A DNA stretch of 64,000 nt from contig OZ176051.1 in the NCBI GenBank assembly GCA_964247055.1, forward strand, positions 13,454,001 to 13,518,000, read 5' to 3'. Numbering within the stretch: the first letter of the stretch is position 1; each line of letters starts with the position of its first letter. This DNA comes from Paragordius varius. Lineage: Eukaryota; Animalia; Nematomorpha. The position numbers and the translations under genes are program-made. The notes beneath the pieces were generated by a model. The model had not been told where the DNA came from and made no database searches. It worked only from the letters and a program-made list of their open reading frames with translations. This document shows positions 1 to 12,520 of the stretch, piece by piece.

Positions 1-264
1 AATTAAATTGAATAAAATAATTTAAACCCAATTTTTCATCCAGAGAAAGGTTAATAAATTTAATCTCTAAAAATAAAACATTTAAGTATTAATGAGGTCA
101 ACTTCGGTTACCCTAAGCTATCATATTGGATTCTAATGGCCTAGAAAAAATACGATTTCAAGTTAAGTTTTTTGTGCTTCAAAAAGATTTAATAATATCT
201 CCATAGGCCCAAATACAGCTCCAGTGTCAGTAATTAAACGGAAAAAATGAATAACTTTAAATAT

Positions 265-515
265 CAGCTATTTTTCAGCCAATAGCTACACTTTTTCAAC
301 CAAACGCAACATTTTTTCAAGCAAAAACAACATTTTTAAGAAATCGCAACATTTTTTCAGTTGGTACGGTTGAAAAAATGTTGCGTTTGCTTGAAAAACT
401 GTTGTCTTTGCTTAGAAGAATTGTTGTCTTAGCCTGATTAAATGTTGTCTTTAGGAAAACAATGCGTTTGCTTTAAAATTGTTGCGTTTGAAAGATGTTG
501 CTTTTGACTGAAAAA
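265..515. repeat. Small foldback palindrome built from ~19-22 bp modules
   Basis: Left arm repeats GCAACATTTTTTCAAGC-like units; right arm repeats the reverse complement (TGAAAAAATGTTGCGTTTGC-like); centre near 362-370. Confidence 0.7.
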
Positions 516-1094
516 TGGTATACTTACGTGCCACAGGGGCCACAAGAGGCCCCAAAACTTATATTTTGGGCCTAAGATTTTACAAGTAAGATTTAATGTT
601 AGTATATATTAGCGGTATTGGGGATCACAACAAGGATTTAGCCATTTAATTTAATGTAATACTTAATGAAACAATTTATGTGTTTAAAAAATATACTGGC
701 CCGCAAATATTTTAAAGTGGTTTGAAAATTATTATTGTTGAGTACTATATACATTATATATCAGCAGGTTATTCATCATGTAATACAGGGGTGTGCAACA
801 GGGTACTCGCGAGCCACTAGTGGCTCATTTAAAATTTTGAGTGGCTCTTTGAAAATTTAAAAAAAAAAAATTTTAAAAAAAATAATTTCTAATTTTTTTT
901 TAAAAATTTTATATGTAAACTATGCATTTTTATTTTGACATTTAAATAATTTTTAGAAACTTTTAACAAAATTCTTATTATAAATATCTATCATGGCATT
1001 CATAATCATTTATAAAACACATTTTTTCCTGCATACTATTTCCAACTTCAAGATGATAACTTTCACGTTAAATTATAACATTAAACTACTTTCA

Positions 1095-1298
1095 AAAATA
1101 GTTTAAAATAATTTATTTATTTAGCTTTCATACTAATACTGGGAATTATAATATGGGTCCATTGAAATATTGAAATACTTGCAAAAAATAGGTATTTAAA
1201 ATAATTTATTTAGCTTTCATATTAATACTGGGAATTATAATTAAGGTCCATTGAAAAATTAAATTACTTGCAAAAAATAGGTATCTAAAATAATTTAT
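1095..1298. repeat. Tandem repeat, ~90 bp unit, about 2.2 copies, inside the hAT element
   Basis: TAAAATAATTTATTTAGCTTTCATA(C/T)TAATACTGGGAATTATAAT...GGTCCATTGAAA...TACTTGCAAAAAATAGGTAT occurs twice, followed by a partial third copy. Confidence 0.85.
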
Positions 1299-1391
1299 CA
1301 AATTTTCAACAAAGCGGAGTGCCTTATTTGCAAATTTACGACAAACGGGTTTCGCGAATATAATTTAAAAAGACATGCCAATACCCTGCAT

Positions 1392-2780
1392 TTGGATTTT
1401 ATTAATATGACTACAGAAATGAAAATGATAAAATTAGAATCTTTAAAAAATATTAATAATCTCCAACCAACTATTTTCACGCAACCTTATCCAATAGTAA
1501 AGGTAAGTTATATTGTTGCCAATTTACTCGCCAAAAAAATGAAACCTTATTCTGATGGTGAGTTTGTAAAAGAATGCGTCTGGAAATTATAAAATGTGTT
1601 TTGCCTAATAAAGTTGAATTAATATTCTTTATTCGAGGGATAGATGAATTTTTTAATATAACAGAAGATATGTTAGGCTTACTTCCGATGAAAAAAACAA
1701 CTAAGGGAGATGGTATGTTTCATGCAATTTAAAAATGTATTGACAATAAATTAAATATGAGGGCGCTATCTTGTTTGAACAGATGGTGCCTTAGCTATGA
1801 TGGGAAAAAACAAGGGAACCGTGAAATTTATATAAGATGGATTCCGATGGTATTAATATTGACCATATATATATAATGCATTGCATGATTCACCGTGAAA
1901 ATCTCTGCGCACATGCTCTGACAATGGACACCGTTGTTATTAAAGTAGTTAATTTTATAAAATCTCATGCTTTTAAGCATAGGCGGCTTAAGGAGTTATT
2001 AAAAAAATTCATTCAGAATATGGATTATATTTTTTCAAATGTAAGGTGGCTTAGTCGAAAATGTCTAAAAAGATTTTATTATTTATTAAAAGAAATAAAT
2101 ATTTTTCTATTGCAGAATCATTATTTGGTAGAGGAATTAACCAATGAAGATTGGTTGTCAGATTTATGCTATTCCGTAGATATTAGCAAAAAACTAAATC
2201 AATTAAATGAATCCTTGCAAAAGCAAGATTTAATTGTTGATGCGAATAACCATATTAAACCGTTTCGTAAAAAATTGACGTTATTTGATTACCATTTAAG
2301 AAAAAATAATGCTGAACATATTCCAGAATCGAATAGCTTTAAAGCTAGTATAACTAACGATTTTTCAAAATATGAAGCATAACATATTATCAAAAGCTTT
2401 TAATAATCGATACGGGGATATGATAAAATCTGAAAAATAATTTGATTTATTTGTCCATTCTACGTTGAAGCTATCAACGCTATTAATTTACAAATGGAAT
2501 TGCTAGATTTGCAATCCAATAATGAATTAAAATTATTATTTGGGCAAACAAATAAAATTGAATTTTATAAAAAGTATATAACGTTTGATAAATTTCCTAA
2601 TTTACGAATATTGCACAAAGATTAATTTGTGCTTTTGGGTCCACTTATCTTTGTGAAAGTTTTTTTTTCTAAAATGAAATACACAAAATCTCTTTCACGT
2701 TTTTTATTAACTGATGAAAACTTGGAGAATGAATTGAGATGTGCTGTATCAAATATTGATATAGATCTGATAAAATAAGC
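1392..2780 (+). pseudogene. hAT transposase pseudogene (multiple stops and frameshifts)
   Basis: ORFs 1392-1592 and 1837-2382 plus out-of-frame C-terminal motifs typical of hAT transposases. Confidence 0.85.
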
Positions 2781-4034
2781 AAAAAATTACAAAACAAATA
2801 CCCCATTAAAAATTTAATTATGCAATGAAAAATATTTATTTTATTTTTATTAGATAAAAAAAGGTTACATTTTGGCGATAAATTCGCCACAGTCCACTCT
2901 AGTCATACTATCGAATCGCAATAAGTTTACTTTATCCATGTATTTTTATCTTTTTTTACACATTGATTAAACAATTAATACAATATGCATTTATTAAAGT
3001 TTTTCAAACTTATTGGCACGTATCTTATTTAATATTATAGAGTTTTTTAATTATTGAGCCTGGTAATAATTTTAAGATTGATGAAACCATTCGCCCTTAA
3101 AACCTTTCCATTATTTTACCACACTAATTATTTCGTTTGGAGTCCAGTTGCAAATATAATGGGTAGATGTTTATACAATATAACATATTATTTTAATTGA
3201 TTATCAACATTACATTCGAAATAAATTTATGATGAAATAAATTCTTTACATAAGTTAATAGTGAAGTAACCTTTAGCTTTTAATAAACGAAGATTTGAAA
3301 TTTTACAAGATTAATATTTAATTATTAAGTTTAATAAATTTTCGAGAATACGAAATTGATATATTTAGCATATATTTATATGCCATGATCATAAACGATA
3401 GCACAGCTTTAATATAAATGTATCCTCTTTTGTATCCACCCAATGAATAGGTTAATTAGCCAAAATCTATCAAATTAACTTTTTATATCATTAACAAAGG
3501 TTTGAATCACATATAAAACCTATATTTACATAAATAGTTTCCGTAATAATTTTATTCATATTAAATCTGTCAAGTGTGCCCTACACCCCACTTGCAAAAT
3601 CTTTAAGTTTTACCTGATCATATTATTTTATATAACCTCCTAATCAAGTTTTCTTGCTTGACTAAAGTAGTCTAATGTTAATTTTTTTTATTACATGAAA
3701 GCAAGCCATGACTTGAAAAACTTGCAAGTCAAGTCAAAAAAATTTTATCACCCCACCCATTGTCATCTATTGCATTTAAGTTTATTTAACCTAATGTGCG
3801 ATAAGAATGCGATTTATTGATTTTGGCTAATAACAGAAAATTAAAATAACTTTTTTCAGTATTTTAACCGCATATATAATTTCAATTTTTATAGGATTTT
3901 ACATTTATTTTTTGCTGCTCAACTAATATAAATTAAAGAATTATAATGGGTGGCATTGTGTGTGTGTATTGGTACAGTCGAGGTCGACTTTTTGCCATGC
4001 AAATAAAACTTCTCCATAAATTGAGGTTTTTATT

Positions 4035-4720
4035 TTAATGTTGAATTCTGCCAGGGTTGCATAGGTTCTTGTTGAATATTGTCCATCCACCTTATCCTAG
4101 GCCCCTTTTACGTGTACCACTAACTTTTCCCAACATCAAGGGTATTTCCAGTGAATTTGATCTCATAATGTGGTCAAAGTCGGATAGTTTGGTGCCGATA
4201 GACATTTCAAGCAATGACATATCGGATTGATTTTCAAAATTGCATTGTTAGTGACTTTATCCGTCCATTTTATTTGTAAGAGTTTTCTCCACATCAAGAG
4301 TTCAGAGTTTATTATCCGTATGTCGGATTTTTTTAAAGTCCAATCTACTGCAGGGGAAAGTTGGAAAAACAATCGCATTTGAAAATCGAATTTCGTTTTA
4401 AAGCTGACATCATGGGATGCCCAAATTTTGTTATAATTATTTGGGACCGTTTTGGCCATAGCTATCCTCCGTTTTATCTCAGGAAACAATTATCATAATG
4501 TATTAAGCTCAGATATGTATCTTTTGACTTTCATAGAATTCCCGTTAAGCGTTTGAAACGTTCAGTTAATTTGTATTATCTTTGTTTTTGATAGATTAAT
4601 CTTTAGCCCACATTTTTGACATTCATCTACAAAATATTGTAATATGAGTCAATGAGTTTGGATTGTCTGCGAAGATAACCGTATCGTCGGCATAGTGAAT
4701 AGAAGGTGGCATTGAGCAAG
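4035..4720 (-). mobile_element. RTE-clade non-LTR retrotransposon 3' fragment (decayed)
   Basis: Minus-strand IHYADDTVIFA (RT YADD motif), EIKRRIAMAK...WTLKKSD...WRKLLQIKWTDKVTN, and RGPRIRWMDNI near the 3' end. Confidence 0.85.
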
Positions 4721-6074
4721 CAATTATATAATTTTAAAAGAAATTAACATAATATTAATAATGATCTTATCCTTATCTGGTGATTTAAAGCAAATATTTT
4801 AAGGTAGGGTACATGAATGTTATGAACAGGCTGAGGTTAAGAAAGCAGCGCTTGTAGATAAAGTGAAGAGATATAAATAAGGATATGAAACAGTTGGTTA
4901 GATTTAAATATTGATAAAACTAAAGTTGATTATTAAAGGTCACCACTAATAAAGGAATGATTTATTATGTATTATTTAGAATAATAACTTTTAAATATTT
5001 ATTTTTTTGAAATAAAATTAAAACTTTTTAAAATCCGACGCCCCTCAACTATGGCGCCCGATGCACCAGCCTTCCTTTCCCCTCCTAGTTACGCCACTGT
5101 AAATTATGTATACAATCGTAATAAAATTTTTATAGGAACAATTTTTAAAGGTATGTTTGTCTTTTGAAAAAATATTTGTCTTTAATTATGTTTTGCCAGT
5201 ATAAGTATAGTTATATTATCTTACTTTAGTTTCAGTGGCGTGTCGCACATTAATAATGGTTTAAATATCATTGATGGCAATCTAAATAAGCCAATAGTTC
5301 ATATCGGCAGTAAATTTTGGCACATAGTTCAAATTCTATTATCAAAATATTTAAGTTTGACATCATTATTTAAATATCAAATATTTTTAAATTAAAATAT
5401 AATCTTAAATTATTTTTTAAAAGGGGAGGTTAATATAGTTTTAAACATAATTTTAATAGAAATATTCATAAGGAAATTCTTTTGAGTTTTTACAAGGTTA
5501 TATTATGACTAAATTGTCGAATGATTTAAGGAATGAAAATATTTAGGAGCCAATTTAGCAGTAGATGGTTGTTTAACGCATGATATAAATTACAGATTTT
5601 GAAATAGTTGGGCAAATTATAAAAAGATCGCAAATGTTTTGTGCGATAAAAATATTGACCTGGGTAGGATTTACAGTGCTGTTGCACAGCCAACAATGAT
5701 GTACAACTCTCAATATTTTTGCTTCTTCGTTTATTTTTAATTACCAACAACAATTTATTATGTATAGGTATGAGATATTGAAAGGCTGAGCAAAACAACT
5801 AAGCTGCAAATTATTTAATGAAAAAATGAATAAAATTATCAGACCAGGTAAATGAAAATTGTGAACAATAGGAGTAATGTTTTCCCTTTTAGCACGAGTT
5901 TTTATCCCTACCATAAAGCGTAAGTCTTTTGTGATATCTTGTTAGTGTTAATTGTTTATAACCTTAAGTTAAATTTTTATTATTTATGGATAATTTATAT
6001 GCTCTTCATTGATGTATTTAATTCAAATATTCTAATTAATTAATTGCCAAGTTTATAGTGAAATTATTATTATT

Positions 6075-6785
6075 TATTTGGATAATTTATATGTCATGGT
6101 ATTTATTACAAATAAACCATTTGCACTTCAAGAGTATCCTGGAACACTACAAGTTGGTCGTTAAACATTTCAAGTTCTTCCTTGAACACTTCAAGAGTGT
6201 CCTTGAGCACTTTGGTCCTTGAACACTTCAAATTAGTTCTTTAAGTTGGTCCTTGAACACTTCAAGTTGGTTATTTGATTTTTTTGTTTAGTTTTTACTT
6301 TTATCCAAATCGTATATCATTCATCTATTTATCGTTTTTAACCTATTTTTTATTATTTAACATAAATAATCAATATCATCTTTTAATCACTGAGAAACCG
6401 TATATTTTTATTAATATCTTAAAATTATTTTGGATATTTATAAGATTTTCACATGAAATTAAAAAATATATTAGTTTTCTGGGTTATTATTTACAATTTT
6501 AAATTAAAAACATTTAAAAGTTAATAATTTTGTAAAATTGGAAAAAAATTATTTTGAAACGAAAAAGTAGTTTTTGAACAATAATTTTTATTTGAATGAA
6601 TAAATATATAATTAATAAAGAATTTTAGGTTAAAAAATAATAAATTAAAAAATTTGCAAAAATTATGATTATTAAAATTTAAAAATTTTAAGGACCAACT
6701 TGAGGTGTCCAAGGACCAACTTGAAGTGTACAAGGACACTTTTGAAGGGCTATAATTATTATTATTTATAATTTATATGACATTG
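6075..6785. mobile_element. Foldback/MITE-like element with modular subterminal repeats
   Basis: ~21 bp units CTTGAACACTTCAAGTTGGTC at 6120-6270 and reverse-complement units (GGACCAACTTGAAGTGT) at 6690-6750; internal AT-rich inverted segments; no coding capacity. Confidence 0.65.
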
Positions 6786-8195
6786 TCATTATCCTTGCTA
6801 AAATATTTAAATACACCTGTAACCATAAAAGTCAGTTATAAAATAAACTTAAATTGATCTAATAAATTATATTTTATTTCTATTTTAAACGCTTTCAGTT
6901 AGTATATTTAAATTTTTGTAAATTATTTTTATAGGAGATGAACCGGGATTTTTTGTTTTGAACCACTTTAATTACAGAATGCGGATAAAGGTCTTTAATT
7001 GCAATAAATACATTTATGGAGCCGCGCTTTAACATTTCTATATAATAAATTATATGTTTTATTAGGCAGATACTAACAATGTGACACAAAAAATATATTG
7101 GCGAATACAATTTATACATGATAGGGTGATTGGAGCATGTTATGAATGAATTTGCCCTATTTTCTCGTTAAATAAAACGAGAGTATTAAACATATCCCAA
7201 TCAATGTCTAATATGATAAATGAATAATTTACTATTATATGGTTTGTAATAAATAGTTATTTAAAAATTTTTACTATTAGCCGATCAGGTTTCATAATGT
7301 TCCTACCCCCCCATAAAAATTAACTAAAATTGATTAATATTAATGAAGCCCCTATCCTATTAATTTTTAATTACTTGATAGAGTATTAAATTTTATCCAA
7401 CGTAATTTTTGAATACTATGAACTGAAAAACGTGCGAAATATGAATGAATAAATATTTTCCCAGAATATGAGTAAAAAATTAATGTATTACTTAATCATA
7501 ATAATAATGGTTATGCGAAATGAATTATGCAATTATCATCAAGTAAATAAAACAGATTAATAATATATTTAAAATTTGGCTTTTTATAATTTTTTTTCTA
7601 CTGATATTGTTTACTTTTGGCACTTGTAAGAATTATAATATAGCCAAGGGCGAAAAAACGTTTTTCCTTTATAAATATATCTGGTTTTTAAAAAATAAAC
7701 GGATTAAAATAAATTATGAATTAATTTTGTAGGAAACGTGTAAGGCCCAAGTTACGATACTTAGATCAGATTAAAAAATTCCATCATATTCAATTTTTGA
7801 ACTCGCACAGATATCTAACAAGAGAACGCTATAGTCCAAGCTGTCATGCCCCATCCAAAAGGAATATCCATCATCATCATTATTTTACCAAAACTTTTTG
7901 AACTTATAGCAAACCTTTACACCAAAAGATAAACAGACTTGATTTTTTTAATCGTGGGTTAATAAACAAGGGTGAAACAGAGTTTGTGGCATACAATGTA
8001 GATTCAAAGTATCTAGCTTTATATAGGAGGAATAAGATATTAAACATTAAATTTAAATGTATGCGGTATTGGACTTATGGTACTGTAACAGACGATGTAA
8101 TAATAGAATAAAGTGTAGCTAGTTCATTGAAGTAAATTTAAAACTAAATTTGTATTAAATATTTACATTCATAGAACTTTAAAGCCGACCATAAT

Positions 8196-8245
8196 ATACC
8201 ATTTACAATTCAAATTCAACCTTGAACAATTCAAATTTACCCTAT
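8196..8245 (+). repeat. 50 bp inverted repeat, left copy (pairs with 14594-14643)
   Basis: ATACCATTTACAATTCAAATTCAACCTTGAACAATTCAAATTTACCCTAT; its reverse complement matches 14594-14643 at 46/50 positions by eye. Confidence 0.85.
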
Positions 8246-9276
8246 TTTTAAGATTAAAAAGTAGCTATTTTTATTTATATTGTAAAAGGGAAATTCCTTT
8301 AAAATTAAAATGATAATAAAAAATAAACTAAGTCATGGGCGACGCAAATGCTCGGTATGCCACTGCTTTGCGGTCCGGATTTACAACTCATTCAAAAACC
8401 AGGTTCCGAATTATATATTTATAAATTTGTAAATACTAACGAACAATTTATTTGTTGTCGATTGGATAGATTTATCCAGAAATTTTTTAAAAAAAAATCA
8501 ATTTTATTGTGATTGTGAGGATATTTTTGCGAATTATCGGGCATCACATAATGTCGCTGAAAGCCTATAGGACACTCTTGATCTAATCGAAAAAAACATG
8601 ATTATTAGCTTAAGCTAATTAGTTTAAGCACTTAATTTATGAGGCTGATCAAAGGGTCCACAATACATTAAAGAAAATCGGGGCAATTTCCACAACTTAT
8701 TTTTTTGAATATATTGTGGGAAATCGGGTAACTTTTATAGATAAAACAAATTATAAGACCTATATAATTGATAATAGTGCTGTTACTTTGTTTTTGTAAC
8801 TGGTTGCTTCAGGTTAATCAATATAGGTACTAAAGAAAGCCTTCAATGTATATTGTTTGATAAAAATATTATAAATAAGCTAAAATATAAACAAATTTTA
8901 TTTCTGTAAAAAGGTTTTGCAAATTTAATCCGACATATTTACACTAATGTTAAGTAAATATAAATATTAAGATATTACGTTATTAGATTTTTTAAGTAAA
9001 ACTCTTTGTTAATTTAGCTCATTCGATTATTTATTTTGCATCATAATAATTATAAAATGAAAATAGATAAGGAAATCTTGATATGCTTTTCACCAAATAT
9101 AAAGCAAATGTAAAGAGCAAATAATAAGCTAATAGTTGTTATTTATTATTTAAATGTATAACACCATAATTATCCAATTACTGATAGTATAAGCCGTTAA
9201 AAATTTTTCTTAAAATAAGTTATTTTTATAAAGAACAAACAAAATTGTTATCGTATATTTACAAACATTCAGATTT

Positions 9277-9346
9277 TGAGGCAAGGCCAAACTAACTTTC
9301 TAAAAAAACAATTAAGCCATCAAATTTGCCGTTTTCGTATAAATAG
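9277..9346 (+). promoter_or_regulatory. Putative cofilin A1 core promoter (GGCAAGGCCAA, TAAGCCAT, CCGTT, TATAAATAG)
   Basis: TATAAATAG at 9338-9346, about 80 bp upstream of the ATG; the same ordered motifs occur upstream of type B. Confidence 0.6.
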
Positions 9347-9423
9347 GAGTGCTTAACGTATGTTAATTTAATTTATTTTTTTTCTCTTTCTCTCTTTCTA
9401 GCCACCTATCTATTATTATTGCT

Positions 9424-9834
9424 ATGGCCACAATCGATCCCAATTGCGGAGTTGTGTACCGAGAATTTTCAACAAGCCTCCTCTATAAATATGTCATCTT
9501 TGGGATAACACAAAACAAGATTGTAGTTATGAAAAAAGCGGCTCAAACAGCCAAATACGAAGATTTTTTACAAGATTTGAATGCTCTCAGTAAGGATTGT
9601 AGATATGCCGTTATGAATTTCGATTATGTTGATCCTAATACTAAACAAGCTAGTCGGAAAATAGTTTACTTTCTGTGGAGTCCAGACGCTGCTGACGTCC
9701 GCACAAAAATCGCGTATACTTCAAGTAATGATGCTCTTAAAAAATCTTTTACTGGAATATTTTTACATATTCAAGCCAGTTCGATAAATGACGTTCAATA
9801 TAAAACGGTATTGGATCAAATATTAAAGAAATGA
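9424..9834 (+). CDS. ADF/cofilin family actin-depolymerizing protein, type A copy 1 (136 aa, intronless)
   Basis: ADF-H motifs YKYVIF, YEDFL, DCRYAVMNFDY, RKIVYFLWSPD, KIAYTSSNDALKK, IQAS; open frame; TATA box upstream and AATAAA downstream. Confidence 0.95.
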   Translation: MATIDPNCGVVYREFSTSLLYKYVIFGITQNKIVVMKKAAQTAKYEDFLQDLNALSKDCRYAVMNFDYVDPNTKQASRKIVYFLWSPDAADVRTKIAYTSSNDALKKSFTGIFLHIQASSINDVQYKTVLDQILKK

Positions 9835-9957
9835 AAAGAAATATCTGGTTATTACTTAGTCCCTTCAATATAAATAGTTCACCTACCTTCATATCCAACG
9901 CAATTTATTTATTATTGTAAATATATATTATATGCGTATTTTGTTCAGTTGTAAATC

Positions 9958-9963
9958 AATAAA
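9958..9963 (+). terminator. Putative polyadenylation signal of cofilin A1
   Basis: AATAAA within AATCAATAAAT...ATTTGTTAA, a context also conserved downstream of type B (41131-41136). Confidence 0.5.
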
Positions 9964-11056
9964 TCAATTTGTTAAATTTATAGATACATTGAAAATTGTA
10001 CACACAAAACGTAAAAAAGTAGACCTAAATTGATTGTATCGATAATTCATATGCAAATAGGATTCATTAAAGGAGTAAAATATTTGTACTTAAATGGAAT
10101 TATCAATAATAAGAAAAAATATTTTTTAAATAAATTTTAATTTATTTATGTAGAAATTCTTGAAAAACAAATTTATTTATAAAAGAACCATTTTAAGATG
10201 TTGTTACTTATAACTTAGCGTAAAAATAACGAAATAAAAGAATTCTCTAATTAACTATCATTACAATAAAAAATGATAGAGACATATTTTTAAAACTTCA
10301 CATTTTGGGTTAATGTGTTGATTGTTAATATACACTCTCTCATATGATTAATGTTTGTGATAAAATAATGTAAAAAACAGCCTAAAAATATAATTGTTTT
10401 GAGAAAAAATATTTGTTTTTAATTTTTACATTTTGTTTGTATAATTTTAATTATTCCTGTTAGGTGATTTTATAGCGTTGAATGCGTATACGATAATATA
10501 AATTGTTCAGATATTAATTTATCACAAAATCAAATAGTTTTTCTAAAGTGCTACATTTAAAAAATTTTTAAAAGGCATTAAACAAGCACTCGCTTTAAAA
10601 TTATTCGAAAATCTGATGGTGGAACGCTTCTGCAGTTATCTGCCTCCTATTATAACTCTGTTAAAAATATCTATGGGCACATCATGTTTATTAAATGATT
10701 TACCATCACCTCAAATTTATTTTTAAATACAAATTTGCCCTTAACAAACACCCTAAAAATAGATTATCTTAAAATAACCCTAATTATGAAATATTTTTTT
10801 ATGACATAGTTCGATATTTTTCTATATTACGAAACTTATAAAAAAAAGAGTAAAAATAATTTTAAAGATTCAAACCCAATTATAATCCGACCGAGAAAAA
10901 ACACATATTATATATATCCATATCATTTTTATTTTAATATATAATTTCAATATTTAAGTATGGTTATATTTGTAAAAAATAACAAAATTAATTTGAAATT
11001 TTTTTGACACTAAGTAACAAATTTATCTCAGAATAACTTGGAAAAGTATATAACAT

Positions 11057-11311
11057 CTAAACCAAGAGTGTCCGAAACAAATGGCTTGGCGGGCCGCATT
11101 TTCATATCGAACGAGGGTCTGCATTCGCATATTTTAAGAACTCTCTTAAGTTCTGTAAAAACTATTTATTATAACTATTATGCTAGTTCATCGCCGAAAT
11201 TCAAAAAACATAATCGGAAAATTTGTTTAAATATTTTATTTAACATTGTATTTAAGATATCTCACGGGTCGCCGAGGTATTTTGCATGCCGCATGTGTAT
11301 TGGACCCCCGT
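11057..11311 (+). mobile_element. Degenerate hAT-type MITE
   Basis: 5' CAAGAGTGTCCGAAAC and 3' TTGGACCCCCG resemble CAGGGGTGTCCAA/TTGGACACCCCTG ends; GCGGGCCGCA and GCCGCATG subterminal motifs. Confidence 0.55.
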
Positions 11312-12269
11312 AACAAGTTTAAACAATTTGGAGAAATGGTAAATCTCTTTTTATGTACTTATTTTATAGGCTTTTAATATTAACATCAAAAGTAGGGTTA
11401 ATGCAGGTTTCGTATTTTATTTATCATAAAATATTTTACTTAAGATAACATTTTTGGATCTTTCTGACTTGGTTCATAAAAATTAATTATAAGGCTTATT
11501 TATGTAGAGTAATGTTTAGAAATAAAAAGTTTAATTTTACTGCGTCCGAAATCGGTAGGTATAATGAACAAATATCCTTATGTAATCAGTATCATAATGC
11601 TGTTGCGAGGATTTAAGAAAGTTATTCACCCTTTTGTGGCAAGTGCTCTATAGAAAATAGCAATACGCATAATAATTTTTTTTTGAACCTAAATGCTTCC
11701 TTCCAAATATTTTAACTAAAATTTTAAAAAATTAAATACGGGTTCCAAAAATACCAAATTTTTTCGATCTTCTAAAATGGGCTAGTTCTCTAAAAATAAA
11801 CGTGAAACTGCGTTAATGCAACAAAAATATTTTAACATAAAATTAATGAGGCTGAATATTTATATCGCTCCAAAATTTGATTTAAATATTTGTTCGTCTT
11901 CAAATTTATATAAATTTTTTCTAAAAAAATCCCATAAACAATCGAACCTTTAAATTCTAAAGCGACAAAAATGTTCAGCATTATTATATATAAGTGTTTT
12001 AGATAATATTAGTTTTTATACCCTTATCATACCTAAAGTATGAAGTACAATATTTTTAATTTATTCAAAATTTAGCATACTAAAATTTTGGAATCTCGGC
12101 ATTATTGGTTTTAGGCTAGATTATTTTGTAGGAGTGAAAAAATTGATTTTCAGGGCTTACATTTCAAAATTATTTTTAAATTATTGTTTTGCTTAATTGA
12201 TTTTTTTAAATGAAGATTTAGCTTTCACAAATATATTAAAAAAAATGTGCGCTAGTTTTTTGCCATTTT

Positions 12270-12520
12270 CTGATATGAATTACTTATCACAAAAGTGTAA
12301 ATAACTTTCTTAAGTTACTCGTAAGGTTCATAGCCAAAAGGATCATGATAATCCTGATACATTTTCCAATCCGAATATATATATATATATATATATATAT
12401 TTCCTAGAATATATTTTTTTACAATGTGTTTGTAAACTAAAGAGACTAAATATTTGATATCGGCATATTGCAATAACTTATAATAATTTGATTTTCCCTC
12501 ATAATATAACATGGTATTCT
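12270..12520 (-). pseudogene. Possible Merlin/IS1595-type transposase remnant
   Basis: IVKKYILGN...IYSDWKMYQDYHDPFGYEPYE resembles the IKKYI.PGS.IYSD.W..Y..L...GYEH motif; interrupted by a (TA)n run. Confidence 0.4.

Larger units (their letters stand above)
786..2830 (+). mobile_element. Decayed hAT DNA transposon (Charlie/Buster-like)
   Basis: Starts with hAT-type end CAGGGGTGTGCAAC at 786. Frameshifted transposase fragments: KPYSDGEFVKEC, HCMIHRENLCA, VRWLSR, WLSDL, and dimerisation-domain FGSTYLCESFFSKMK...LTDENLENELRCA near 2630-2750. Right TIR not found. Confidence 0.85.

Noticed and set aside
6120-6270. Short repeats with variable linkers resembling a CRISPR array
   Set aside because: Units are ~21 bp with no unique 30-40 bp spacers, are mirrored as an inverted arm, have no cas genes nearby, and the context is eukaryotic.
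5526-7119. Several 60-90 aa ORFs rich in Ile/Phe/Lys/Asn here and throughout the window
   Set aside because: Compositionally expected from AT-rich non-coding DNA and repeats; many use non-ATG starts and have no recognisable motifs.
5233-8368. CAGTGGCG at 5233 and TGCCACTG at about 8361-8368 as ends of one hAT element
   Set aside because: No matching 8 bp TSD and only a short end match. Another isolated right end (TAGTTACGCCACTG, about 5085-5098) shows such fragments are common here.
9375-9423. Polypyrimidine tract plus CTAG upstream of cofilin A, a possible splice acceptor for an ATG-only first exon
   Set aside because: The AG is 22 nt before the ATG, out of frame for a phase-0 join; it is not conserved in type B; and a TATA box lies just upstream, so it is more likely 5' UTR. 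Only RNA data can exclude it.
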